DNA of 64,000 nucleotides from an uncultured Planctomycetota bacterium (GTDB lineage Bacteria; Planctomycetota; Planctomycetia; Gemmatales; Gemmataceae): NCBI GenBank assembly GCA_963849325.1, contig CAWKHF010000012.1, positions 1,024,001 to 1,088,000 of the forward strand, read 5' to 3'. Shown piece by piece: positions 55,473 to 64,000 of this stretch (position 1 is its first letter; each line of letters starts with the position of its first letter). The notes under the pieces were generated by a model. It saw only the letters and a program-made list of their open reading frames with translations, ran no database searches and was not told where the DNA came from. The position numbers and the translations under genes were made by a program.

Positions 55473-56890
55473 TTGGGTGCGCTCGTTCTTAGCTCCCCTC
55501 TGGCGCGGCCGTCAGGACGCAGGTGCTTGAGGTAGTCGAGGAAATCGCGCTCGAACGAGGACAGGGGCTGCCCCGTCAGCCTGGAGAAGGCGTCGAGGCG
55601 GTCTCCGCCGCGTCTCAGGTCGCGGACGTAGGCGTCGAGGGCCGGCGTCCCCAGTACCTTGCGATCGAAGGTGAGGTAATAGGCCAGCGCCCACGACGCC
55701 AGGTAATAGCGGTCGGAGACCTGTCGGTCGCCGTCGTGGGCCACCTGGAACTGCTTCGGCCCGGCGCGGAGCAGGTCGGCCACGGGCAGCAGCGTGCTCT
55801 TGCCCAGGGCCAGGCGAACGGCGTCGAGGCGCTCCTTGTCGGCGTGGCCGATGCGCAGTTCGCCCACCTCAAAAATGGCCGTCTCGAAGATCTGCGCCAA
55901 CCCTTCGTTGAGCCAGCGCGGCAGTTCACCATCGCGGCTGGGGTAGACGAAATTGAGCAGGTAGGCGTGGAACGCCTCGTGGAACAGACGCTGGAACAGG
56001 CGCTGTTGGGCGCGCTCGAACGTCTCCTGATTGCTCGCCTCGGCGGCATCGATCTGGCGCCGCTTCTGGGCCAGCGCCATCTTGAACTCCTGCGGTAGAA
56101 CGCCCTTGTAGGCCTTGCGCAACTCGGTCTCGCGCTCGTCGAGGTCCGCCCTCAGGCGAACGTGATGGCCGTGGATGCGCGTCAACTCCCGCGCCACGTA
56201 TCGCCAATCGAAGGCGCAGACGATGCGATTTTTGGCCGGGTCGAAGAAGGCGGGGTTGAGCAGAGTTCGGCCCTCGCCGCGCATGAGGTCCTGATAATCG
56301 GCCAGCGATTGCGGCAGAAAGATGGTGGTGCGCTGCCCCTCGGCCCGCGGCGGTAGGGCGTGGACGTAGGCGGCATACACCTGTTCGAGTCGGATCGCCG
56401 TCACCTGGACGATGCCGCGCGGAGCGTTGGAAACAAGCTGGAAATAGGTGGACTCGTATCGCAGGGCCGGGCGCTTGGCCTCGCCGGCCCAGGTCGTCGC
56501 GGCCAGGTCGAGCTTGTCGGCGTCGTCGGCCGGTTCCTTGGCGGCAGGGTCGAACGCCTTCATGCGCTCGGCCAGGCGCGTGCGTTCCTCGCGCAGGGCC
56601 TGCAAGCGCTGCCGCAGCGTCTCGCGCTGGTCGTCGGAGAGCAAGTCCGCGCGGTCGATCTCGTCGCCGGACAGGACGACCGGATAGACGATGGTGGGCC
56701 GGCCGGGCTTGCGGACGACGCACTTCATGCGCAGCGGCGGACCCCGCTCGACGACGAGTCCTCGGTAACTAATGCCTCTTTTCAGATAGACAACATCGTA
56801 TTTCCAGTCGTCGCCGCCGGGCGCGTTGTCGGCGGCGAGGCCGGCCAGGGAAGCGCCGATCAGCAACCAGGCGGGTAGTGAGCGCTTCAT
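55430..56890 (-). CDS. DUF1570-type zincin-like protein
   Basis: HEAFH..LPRWLNEGLAQIFE, YYLASWAL. Confidence 0.8.
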   Translation of the reverse strand: MKRSLPAWLLIGASLAGLAADNAPGGDDWKYDVVYLKRGISYRGLVVERGPPLRMKCVVRKPGRPTIVYPVVLSGDEIDRADLLSDDQRETLRQRLQALREERTRLAERMKAFDPAAKEPADDADKLDLAATTWAGEAKRPALRYESTYFQLVSNAPRGIVQVTAIRLEQVYAAYVHALPPRAEGQRTTIFLPQSLADYQDLMRGEGRTLLNPAFFDPAKNRIVCAFDWRYVARELTRIHGHHVRLRADLDERETELRKAYKGVLPQEFKMALAQKRRQIDAAEASNQETFERAQQRLFQRLFHEAFHAYLLNFVYPSRDGELPRWLNEGLAQIFETAIFEVGELRIGHADKERLDAVRLALGKSTLLPVADLLRAGPKQFQVAHDGDRQVSDRYYLASWALAYYLTFDRKVLGTPALDAYVRDLRRGGDRLDAFSRLTGQPLSSFERDFLDYLKHLRPDGRARGELRTSAPNRAATVRERAKSAP

Positions 56891-57020
56891 CGCGGAGATA
56901 TGCCTCCAGGGGCTGGACAAGAGGGAGGCGGAGTCCTCGACAGAGGAGTCCGATCCCTTCGCCCACTATACCCCGAGGCGAAGGCGTTGCCAATCAGGAA
57001 GGGTCTCGGGAGCACCGCTT

Positions 57021-57847
57021 CTAGTCGAGGCTAAACGGCGTGGTGTTCAGGTAGTAAAGGGCAGCTTTGAACGCGGCCGCATTCGAGAGACTGTAGTTGA
57101 TGAGGCGGACGCTGCCGTCACACATGACGAAGAGACTGCCGCCGTCATAGGGCGAACCCCAGTAATTGTTTTGGCCCCCGTTGTTCGGAGCGTCCTTGAG
57201 GATCTGGGTGCCGTTGCGGCCGGTGCCGCCCTGACCGCCCGAGTAGATGATCTGGTCCCAGTTGCCGCTGGTCGTGGTGCCGTAGGAGTTGGCGTCCATG
57301 GACTTCTCGCCGGCGAGGACGGTGTTGCTCGTGCCGTTGGCGCCGCTGACCATCTGCAACGTGTAAGAAGTCTTGGTACTGCCGAAGCTGTAGGTGTTCC
57401 AGACGTAATCGGTATGAGGACCGTTGCCGCCATTGCCGCCGGTGCCGCCGCTTGTGGCGTAAGGGGTGTGGTTGCGGCCCGGATCGAGGTAAGTCTTGAT
57501 GCCGACAACTGCCTGCGCGAAGTTGCCGGCCGTCACCTGGTTGTAGAGGTTCTGCTGCTCGATGAAGGGCAGGATCTGGAAGGCCCAACACCAGTTGGTC
57601 CAGCCGGTGCCGCCGATGCTGATGCCATTGTCGGGGAGGCGATTGTAGGTATCGTGGTAGCCCTGGGCGGCAATGCCGATCTGCTTGAGGTTGTTGAAGC
57701 TCTGCGAGCGGGCAGCGGCCATGCGGACCTTTTGCACGGCCGGGAGCAACAGGCCGATGAGGATGGCGATGATGGCGATCACCACCAACAGTTCGATCAA
57801 CGTAAACCCGCGCCGCGCTTGCGGAGGATGAGCCTGGGCATAAACAT
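57021..57847 (-). CDS. DUF1559 prepilin-type protein, probable 1-nt loss after the start
   Basis: [31 protein letters not shown]. Confidence 0.9.
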
Positions 57848-57962
57848 CTCACAGCTTGAGTACAGAACCCTCCCACGAATTGTTGGCGGTTTATCGTAGG
57901 ACCGGCGCGGGAAAGTGTCAATGTGCTCACACGCCCCGCGCCGGTGTTATCCTCCTCCCAAC

Positions 57963-58577
57963 TCAGTCGAACGTCAAGCCGGAAGCCGTGGCAGGATCGA
58001 CGGGAGGGTCGGCCTCGTCCTGGCTAACGGTCAGGTCACAAGAAGGCGGACTCGGATTGACAATATAGCAATAGAGCGTCCAATCAGGCGGCGGCTCTTC
58101 CTCCTCGATATCGGTGGGAGGCGTATCACAATTGGTCATGGTGCCGCTAACGTCGCCGCCCGCCGCGTCCGCTGTCCCATAGGCCACGAACTCCAAGGGG
58201 ATCGGATTATCCGAGTCATGAGGATAAGTGATCTTGACGGGATCCCTGGACTTACTGGGGTCAGGGGACAGGTCAATGCCCGTACTGCTAGCTAGTTCCT
58301 GACCATTTTCATCGACAATCTGTACAGTATAGGTCTTCCCTGGTGATGCCTCCACCTGGAAACGCAGACCCCAGAACATCTGTTTGCGCGAATGTTTGGA
58401 GTGAGCGAGATATACCAGGGTGCCAGGTGTTTCGTTGCGGCTTCCTTCCTCGATCACTTTTCCGCTCGGCCGGGTGCCCTTATCGACTGCGCCGAAGGCG
58501 ATGAAATGGGGGCCGTGCGTACGTTTCCCCGGCTTGGGATGGTGAATCTTGCCTGTCTTTTTCGGTGGGGTGCTCAT
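57963..58577 (-). CDS. Hypothetical protein with two tandem beta-rich repeats
   Basis: AGGAG RBS, 19 bp after the kinase stop. Confidence 0.7.
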   Translation of the reverse strand: MSTPPKKTGKIHHPKPGKRTHGPHFIAFGAVDKGTRPSGKVIEEGSRNETPGTLVYLAHSKHSRKQMFWGLRFQVEASPGKTYTVQIVDENGQELASSTGIDLSPDPSKSRDPVKITYPHDSDNPIPLEFVAYGTADAAGGDVSGTMTNCDTPPTDIEEEEPPPDWTLYCYIVNPSPPSCDLTVSQDEADPPVDPATASGLTFD

Positions 58578-58596
58578 GTTGTTCTCCTGGACAAAG

Positions 58597-60714
58597 TTAC
58601 TCGGGATTCTCCAACGGTTCGATGACAACTCGGCGGAACGAAACCGAGCTGTTCTGCACGTAAAACCCCAGTTTTCCGCGCGGCGAAAAGTTGACCGCGT
58701 CCTCTTCCGTGATGGGGTTACCGGGTCGTTTCTGGTTGTGACTTCGCCAGACATGCCTTGTCTTCTCCGCCAAATCGGCGAAGGACAGCTCATAGGCCAA
58801 CTCCCCTTCCCAGAAGCCGCGAAGGGCGCGGGGAGTCACCTCGACGGCGAGCTGGCGCCAGTCCCGCTTGCCGGTAGCAGCGGCCGGCTCGATGCCGCTG
58901 GCCCCCAGGGACATACTAAAACCCCAGGCCGCCTCCGGCGGCCGTTTTTCGAGGTACAAATGGGAGTGAAAAGCGACGTAATTGCCTGGCGGGGCTGGCT
59001 GCCGCAGCACCCTTCCTGTCCTTTTTGTGAACTGTGCCTGAACGTCCGCGAATCTCTCTCGCAAGTCATACAGGTCATTAAATGTCCAGTAGATCAAGGA
59101 ATGAGCTGTGCCCAGGGAAGTGTCAAAGGATCGCTCGAGGACATAGAGGCCCACCTGCGCTCCCGAGGCGGCTTTTCGCTGCCGCACCTCGGCACGCAGG
59201 CGATAGCTCTCGCGGCGCGGGTCGCGCACCAACTCCAGGAGGGTCGGCGACCAGGCATGCACGGTGAAGGTGCCGTCCCCTGCCATGGACACCTGCACGG
59301 TATCGCCCACCTGCGCGGTATCGACGCCCTTGGGAAACGAGTACCACGCCGGTTTGCCCGTCTCGCCAATCAGGACGACCTCTTCTCCCCGCTCCAGCCG
59401 GCGCTCGATGTTGCGGATCGGCCGCTCGGGATCGTAGCGATACCAGGCCAGCGATCCCATCACGGCCAGCAGGGCCAGCAAGGCGATGGCGGCGGTCATC
59501 CGGGGACGGCGGCGCACGGCCCGCCAGGCGCGACCCGTTCGGCTCAGCGGCCGGACGTGCGTCGGCTCGCCCCCCAACCAGCGGTCGAGATCGTCCGCCA
59601 GGGCCGCAGCGGAGGGGTAACGCCGCGACGGCTCTTCCTCCAGGCACTTCAGGACAATCGCCTCCAAGTCGCGGGCCAGTTCCGGCCGGCGGCGCGACGG
59701 CGCCTCCGGCTCGCACGCCCGAACCAGTTCGATGGTCTGATAGCGCGTCTCAGCCCGAAACGGCGGCTGGCCGGTCAGCGCTTCGTAGAGGATGGTCCCC
59801 AGGGCATACACGTCGGCGGCGGGTCCGACCGTCCGGCTCTCGCCGCGCGCCTGCTCCGGGGCCATGTACGCCGGCGTGCCCAGGATGGCGTCGCTGCGCG
59901 TGTCGCTGTCCTCGGCGTCGAGCACCTTGGCTAACCCGAAGTCGGTGATCTTGGGCGTGCCGTCGGCGGCGAACAGGACGTTGCTCGGCTTGAGATCGCG
60001 ATGCACGATGCCCAGGTCGTGGGCCGCCTGCACGGCGCGGGCCAGCGTCCGCACCAGTTCCGCCGCCTCGCGCTGCGGCAGCGGCGAGCCGTTCAGACGG
60101 TTCGACAGCGTGCCGCCCTCCAGCAGCTCCATGGAGAAGAACATCTGACCGTCGTGCTCGTTGAACTCGTGGATCTGCACGACGTGGGCGTGACGCACCT
60201 GAGCGATGACCTCGCCCTCGCGCTGGAAGCGCAGCCGTTCCTCGGGACTGGCGTAGACGCCGGCGCGGACCATCTTGAGGGCGACCAGGCGCTTGAGCTT
60301 TTCCTGCCGGGCCTTGTAGACGACGCCCATGCCGCCCTGGCCGAGCCGTTCCAGCAGTTGATAGGCGCCGAAGACGACCGGCAGCGGCGGTGCGTCGGGC
60401 GGAGCGGACGACTTCGCGTCTGTCACCGTGGCCGTGCCGGCGTGCTCCAGTGGGATGGCCCGCGCCCGGTCCTCCAGCCGCTGGCACGCCGGCTCGTTCC
60501 CGTGGGAAAGCAGGGCCGAGTCGCGCCGCAGGTGGACCGCGATCGTGTCCTTGCCTTGCAATCTCTCCAGAGTGGATTCGCAACTCCGGCAGGCGGAGAG
60601 ATGTTCGCCGATGACTTCCAACTGCTCCCACGGCAATCGGCCGCGGTCGAAATCGGCCAATTCCTCCGGGGAGGGGCAGGGCGGAGTTCGGGGCACGAAA
60701 TCGTCTGGGGTCAT
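58597..60714 (-). CDS. Membrane Ser/Thr kinase with N-terminal HxxxCxxC zinc finger
   Basis: HLSACRSC, GQGGMG, HRDLKPSN, DFG, YMAPE, TM helix, C-terminal beta domain. Confidence 0.95.
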   Translation of the reverse strand: MTPDDFVPRTPPCPSPEELADFDRGRLPWEQLEVIGEHLSACRSCESTLERLQGKDTIAVHLRRDSALLSHGNEPACQRLEDRARAIPLEHAGTATVTDAKSSAPPDAPPLPVVFGAYQLLERLGQGGMGVVYKARQEKLKRLVALKMVRAGVYASPEERLRFQREGEVIAQVRHAHVVQIHEFNEHDGQMFFSMELLEGGTLSNRLNGSPLPQREAAELVRTLARAVQAAHDLGIVHRDLKPSNVLFAADGTPKITDFGLAKVLDAEDSDTRSDAILGTPAYMAPEQARGESRTVGPAADVYALGTILYEALTGQPPFRAETRYQTIELVRACEPEAPSRRRPELARDLEAIVLKCLEEEPSRRYPSAAALADDLDRWLGGEPTHVRPLSRTGRAWRAVRRRPRMTAAIALLALLAVMGSLAWYRYDPERPIRNIERRLERGEEVVLIGETGKPAWYSFPKGVDTAQVGDTVQVSMAGDGTFTVHAWSPTLLELVRDPRRESYRLRAEVRQRKAASGAQVGLYVLERSFDTSLGTAHSLIYWTFNDLYDLRERFADVQAQFTKRTGRVLRQPAPPGNYVAFHSHLYLEKRPPEAAWGFSMSLGASGIEPAAATGKRDWRQLAVEVTPRALRGFWEGELAYELSFADLAEKTRHVWRSHNQKRPGNPITEEDAVNFSPRGKLGFYVQNSSVSFRRVVIEPLENPE

Positions 60715-60735
60715 GCCGGTATCTCCTTTTTCCCC

Positions 60736-60788
60736 ACCAGCCCGGAGCGCGAGCGACGGTCAACCCGTCGCTTGCGCTCCGGGCTGGT
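60736..60788. repeat. REP-like family C inverted pair
   Basis: ACCAGCCCGGAGCGCGAGCGACGG followed by a near reverse complement. Confidence 0.88.
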
Positions 60789-60802
60789 CGGAAAAAAGTG
60801 CT

Positions 60803-61429
60803 TCAACTATCCATCAGATCCTCGAACTCCTCGCGCAGACGCTTGAGCACGCGGGCCTTGGCCAGGTAGACCGCGTTGGTGGACATTTGCAGCGCGCGGG
60901 CCGTATCGGCCGGCGTCTGGCCTTTGATGACGACCTCCTCGAAGGCGAGCCAGGTCTTCTCCTGGAACTCGGCCCGGATCAATTCGGCGGCCCGCTGATA
61001 GATCAGGCTCGCTTCGGCGCCGTCCTCGTCGGGGTCGGGGTCGGAAAGCTCCCGGAGCGGCGCTGGCTCCGTCAGCGTGACGGCTTCGTGGAAGCGGCCC
61101 TCCTCCCGTGCCTCTTTTTCGGCCCGATTCCGCCGGTGGAAATCGGTGATCTTGTTGCGCGTGATGATGCGCAGCCAGCCGCGGAAACTATCTCCTGGTT
61201 GCTGTCGCTGAAAGCCCGGAATGTGACTCCAGACCGCCTGGAACACTTCCTGTCCGACATCGAGCGCATCCGCCTCCTGCAGGCCCGTCCGCGCGCACCA
61301 CATGTACACCAAAGGCGCGTACAGGTGGACCAGCCGATCCCACGCTGTACGATCCTGGGCCTTGACGCGAACCAGTAAACTCGAGGACGGCTCGCCGCCC
61401 TTATAAAGAGGAACGTGTGGATCTGTCAC
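60803..61429 (-). CDS. ECF sigma factor (kinase-associated planctomycete type)
   Basis: SSSLL..AWDRLVHLYAPLV, SFRGWL, AVYLAKARVLKRLR. Confidence 0.93.
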   Translation of the reverse strand: MTDPHVPLYKGGEPSSSLLVRVKAQDRTAWDRLVHLYAPLVYMWCARTGLQEADALDVGQEVFQAVWSHIPGFQRQQPGDSFRGWLRIITRNKITDFHRRNRAEKEAREEGRFHEAVTLTEPAPLRELSDPDPDEDGAEASLIYQRAAELIRAEFQEKTWLAFEEVVIKGQTPADTARALQMSTNAVYLAKARVLKRLREEFEDLMDS

Positions 61430-61541
61430 GCAAGGGCAACTCCGTAATCATTTTCGGCCGGGGCGAGGGCGCGAGTCGAACCTAAACCTTTATGCTCTAC
61501 GGAGGTTAGAGATGTCCAGAAAAAAAGAAAGTCTTTTGCCG

Positions 61542-61598
61542 ACAAGCCCGGAGCGCCAGCGACGGACCTTCACCCGTCGCTCGGCGCTCTGGGCTTGT
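61542..61598. repeat. Family C inverted pair
   Basis: ACAAGCCCGGAGCGCCAGCGACGG followed by an imperfect reverse complement. Confidence 0.8.
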
Positions 61599-61606
61599 GG
61601 CGGCTT

Positions 61607-62330
61607 TCACTCCGAGCGCCGCAGCTCGACGAGGATGCCGCCGAGTTGGCAGAGGCGATGCATGCGGGAGAACCACATCTCCCGCTGCCAATGCAGGCCG
61701 CACTCGGCGCAGACCTGGCGCAGCTCGGCTCGGTTGTAGGTACGGCAATGCCACAATCGGCTGCACAGGGCGCCCGTCCATGTGTCCTCGGTGGACAGCA
61801 GCAACAGTTTGCCTCCCGGTTGCAGGATGCGGGCCAGCTCGCGCAGTCCCAGGCGCGGGTCGGGCAGGTGCTCCAGCACCCAGCCACAGACGACGGCATC
61901 GAAGGAGGCATCGGCGTAGGGCAGGCGCGTCAGGTCGGCCACGGCTTGACTGACGCGGGCGCTGCGAAGACGGGCGCGGCGCGGAGCAGCATGCGCGGCG
62001 ACAGGTCGAAGCTGGTCAGGACCGCGTCGGCGTCGGCGTGGCGGAGCAGGAAGCGAGAATAGCGGCCATTGCCGCAGGCGGCGTCGAGGATGCGTTTGCA
62101 GCCGCGCACGTCGAAGGCACCGGGACGAATCAGCCGGCCCGCCAGCGCTTCGTGGCCGGTCAACAGGCCGGTGACGGCCGTCAGCGCACCCGGTAGGCCG
62201 TCGTAATGGTTTTGGATGAAGCGGCGATAGGCGTCGAACGAGCGCCGTTGCGGTTCGGCGGACTCCAGGCGCAGCCGGCGCAGTCCCGCGGCGATCGGCG
62301 AGTCGGTCGCAGATCGATTCCGAAGAAGGA
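61607..62330 (-). CDS. Class I SAM-dependent methyltransferase, frameshifted, start uncertain
   Basis: ILDAACGNG, FDLSPRML, LPYADASFD..VLEH, LQPGG. Confidence 0.8.
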
Positions 62331-62333
62331 AGA

Positions 62334-64000
62334 TCAGTGGTGTTTGTATCCTTGTTCTTCGTAGAAAAACACGCGCCGGTGATACACCGCCCATTCCAGC
62401 AGCAGCAGCGCCAGCGCGGCCAGGGCGATCCATTTCCAGGTGTCGTACGTCTGCCGGCGTCCCTGTCCGGTCGTCAGCCGCTGTTCGCCGATTCGGATGG
62501 CGTCGCGCGGCTGGATGTTGCTCTCGTCGGCGTCGAGCAGGTTGACGGCGAAGCGACGACCGCCGCCGGGCCAACTTACCTGATAGACGCCGACGTCTTC
62601 CGTGCTTTTGTAGGAAAAATCGCCGGCGACGCCTCGGGACACCGTCTCGCGCCTGCCCTCGGGATCGACGACGTCGATGGCCTCGACTGCCGCATCGGGC
62701 CGCAGCGTCTTGATCTGGCCTGGCTGCACATTGTCCTCGGCGGCGGCGTCGGCGACGTTGCCGAGCAGATAGAGCACATTGCGCAGGAACACCGGGAAGC
62801 ACAGCTTGAGGTTCCACGTCGTCGCCCACTGGCCGCGGTCGTTGACCAGTGGGAAGGCGAGCACCAGGTCTTGAAACGCTCGCCGCGGCAGCACGAATAG
62901 CACGGCCGTCTCGCGGTCGGTCTCCAGCAATCGCGGCGTTCGCGGCGGCACCCCGCGCGCCTTGAGGTCGAAGCGGAACGCCTCGCCGAAGGCAATCTCG
63001 TCCAGGGCGGTCAGGTGGCGCATGAGCGGATGATTGCTGGTCGGATTGCGGATCTGCGTTTCTTTCAAGGGGGGCATGTCGGCGCGCTTCCACGGCGGCG
63101 GCACGGCGTCGATAAAGAAGGTGTTGCCCAGCGGCAGGGACTCTTCGATTTCTGGGCGCAGCGATCGAAGACGACCAGGTCGTACTCGCCGTTGCGGGCC
63201 GGGCCGCGATACTTCGCGTCGTTCTCGCAGGTCGGCGGGGGTCCGGTAGGTGACGTTCGCCACGCGGGCGGTCGCTTCCAGGTCGAAGAAATCGCGGAGG
63301 ACCTCGTTGCCCGGCGTGACGATCAGCACGCGCGCCTTGCGGACAACGCCGACGACGAGCCAGGCCTCATCGTCGAGCGGGAAGTGATCGCGGACATCGC
63401 GCAGACGGGCGCGGACGACGACGTTGGCGCTGTCGTCCACGTCGCCGAGGGCGAAGACGGCCACCCCCTCGCCGGGAACGTCGCGGCCGGGGTCGTCCTT
63501 CTCGGCATCGGCGGGGCTGAACTTACGGCCGGGCAGGGTCAGCGTCTGCTCGCGGAGGTTGAAATCGTCTCTGTCCATCCTGCGCCACTCGAGTTCGACC
63601 GCGATCGTGGCGGCATCCCTGCGAAAGTTGAGGACGCGGACGAACACCTGCACCTTGCTCGCGTCCTGCTCGTCGCGGACGGCGTTGAGAGTAACGATAC
63701 CGACATTGTCCACATTCTCGGCCCCGGGCTTGCCGATGCGGTGATATTGCAAGTCGAGGTTGCCGGCGGCGAAGGTGGAGACATCGGGGAAACGGCCATC
63801 GGAGAACAGGTGGACCTCGGCGGCGATGCCTTCGGCGGCGACGTAGGTGCGCACCTGGGCCGGATCTTCGTTGGCCGGACGCACGGCGGCATCGTCGGTC
63901 GAACGCAGCGGATTGGCCAGGCTGTCGGCCAGTCGCAACGCCTCCTCGATGCGCGTCGGCCGCTGCGTCTGTGCGATTTTGGCCACGGCCGCGCGCAACA
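62334..64000 (-). CDS. vWA/BatA-type membrane-anchored protein, C-terminal part
   Basis: T-x-IEEAL, VHLFSDG, NVGI, FAVNLLDADESNI, C-terminal TM LLLLEW. Likely compensating frameshifts near 63200. Confidence 0.75.
   Translation of the reverse strand, partial: LRAAVAKIAQTQRPTRIEEALRLADSLANPLRSTDDAAVRPANEDPAQVRTYVAAEGIAAEVHLFSDGRFPDVSTFAAGNLDLQYHRIGKPGAENVDNVGIVTLNAVRDEQDASKVQVFVRVLNFRRDAATIAVELEWRRMDRDDFNLREQTLTLPGRKFSPADAEKDDPGRDVPGEGVAVFALGDVDDSANVVVRARLRDVRDHFPLDDEAWLVVGVVRKARVLIVTPGNEVLRDFFDLEATARVANVTYRTPADLRERREVSRPGPQRRVRPGRLRSLRPEIEESLPLGNTFFIDAVPPPWKRADMPPLKETQIRNPTSNHPLMRHLTALDEIAFGEAFRFDLKARGVPPRTPRLLETDRETAVLFVLPRRAFQDLVLAFPLVNDRGQWATTWNLKLCFPVFLRNVLYLLGNVADAAAEDNVQPGQIKTLRPDAAVEAIDVVDPEGRRETVSRGVAGDFSYKSTEDVGVYQVSWPGGGRRFAVNLLDADESNIQPRDAIRIGEQRLTTGQGRRQTYDTWKWIALAALALLLLEWAVYHRRVFFYEEQGYKHH

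Overview
High-GC bacterial DNA, very probably a planctomycete (Gemmataceae-like). The evidence is two DUF1559 prepilin-type genes, DUF1080, DUF1570, an ECF sigma factor/Ser-Thr kinase pair and planctomycete-type palindromic repeats. Many genes carry single-base frameshifts in blocks, most likely long-read consensus errors, so several CDS were stitched across frames. Core content: two sugar-catabolism clusters, a full kdp operon, three sigma54 activators, a lone rpsR and a Type IIG restriction-modification gene that appears to be inserted. Best leads: (1) a stand-alone toxin/immunity-like pair with an Arg-Ser-His ADP-ribosyltransferase-like pattern; (2) a kdp operon with a clear sigma54 promoter and tandem enhancer sites, facing an NtrC-type regulator, a histidine kinase and a split soluble KdpD instead of KdpDE; (3) an M1 peptidase fused to an Omp85-like barrel; (4) a Uma2 nuclease sandwiched between two copies of an unknown domain; (5) a translationally coupled desaturase/unknown/HTTM operon; (6) at least seven families of short inverted repeats, several built into coding sequences. 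No tRNA, rRNA, CRISPR array, integrase or transposase was seen. Family names come from motif recognition, not database searches.
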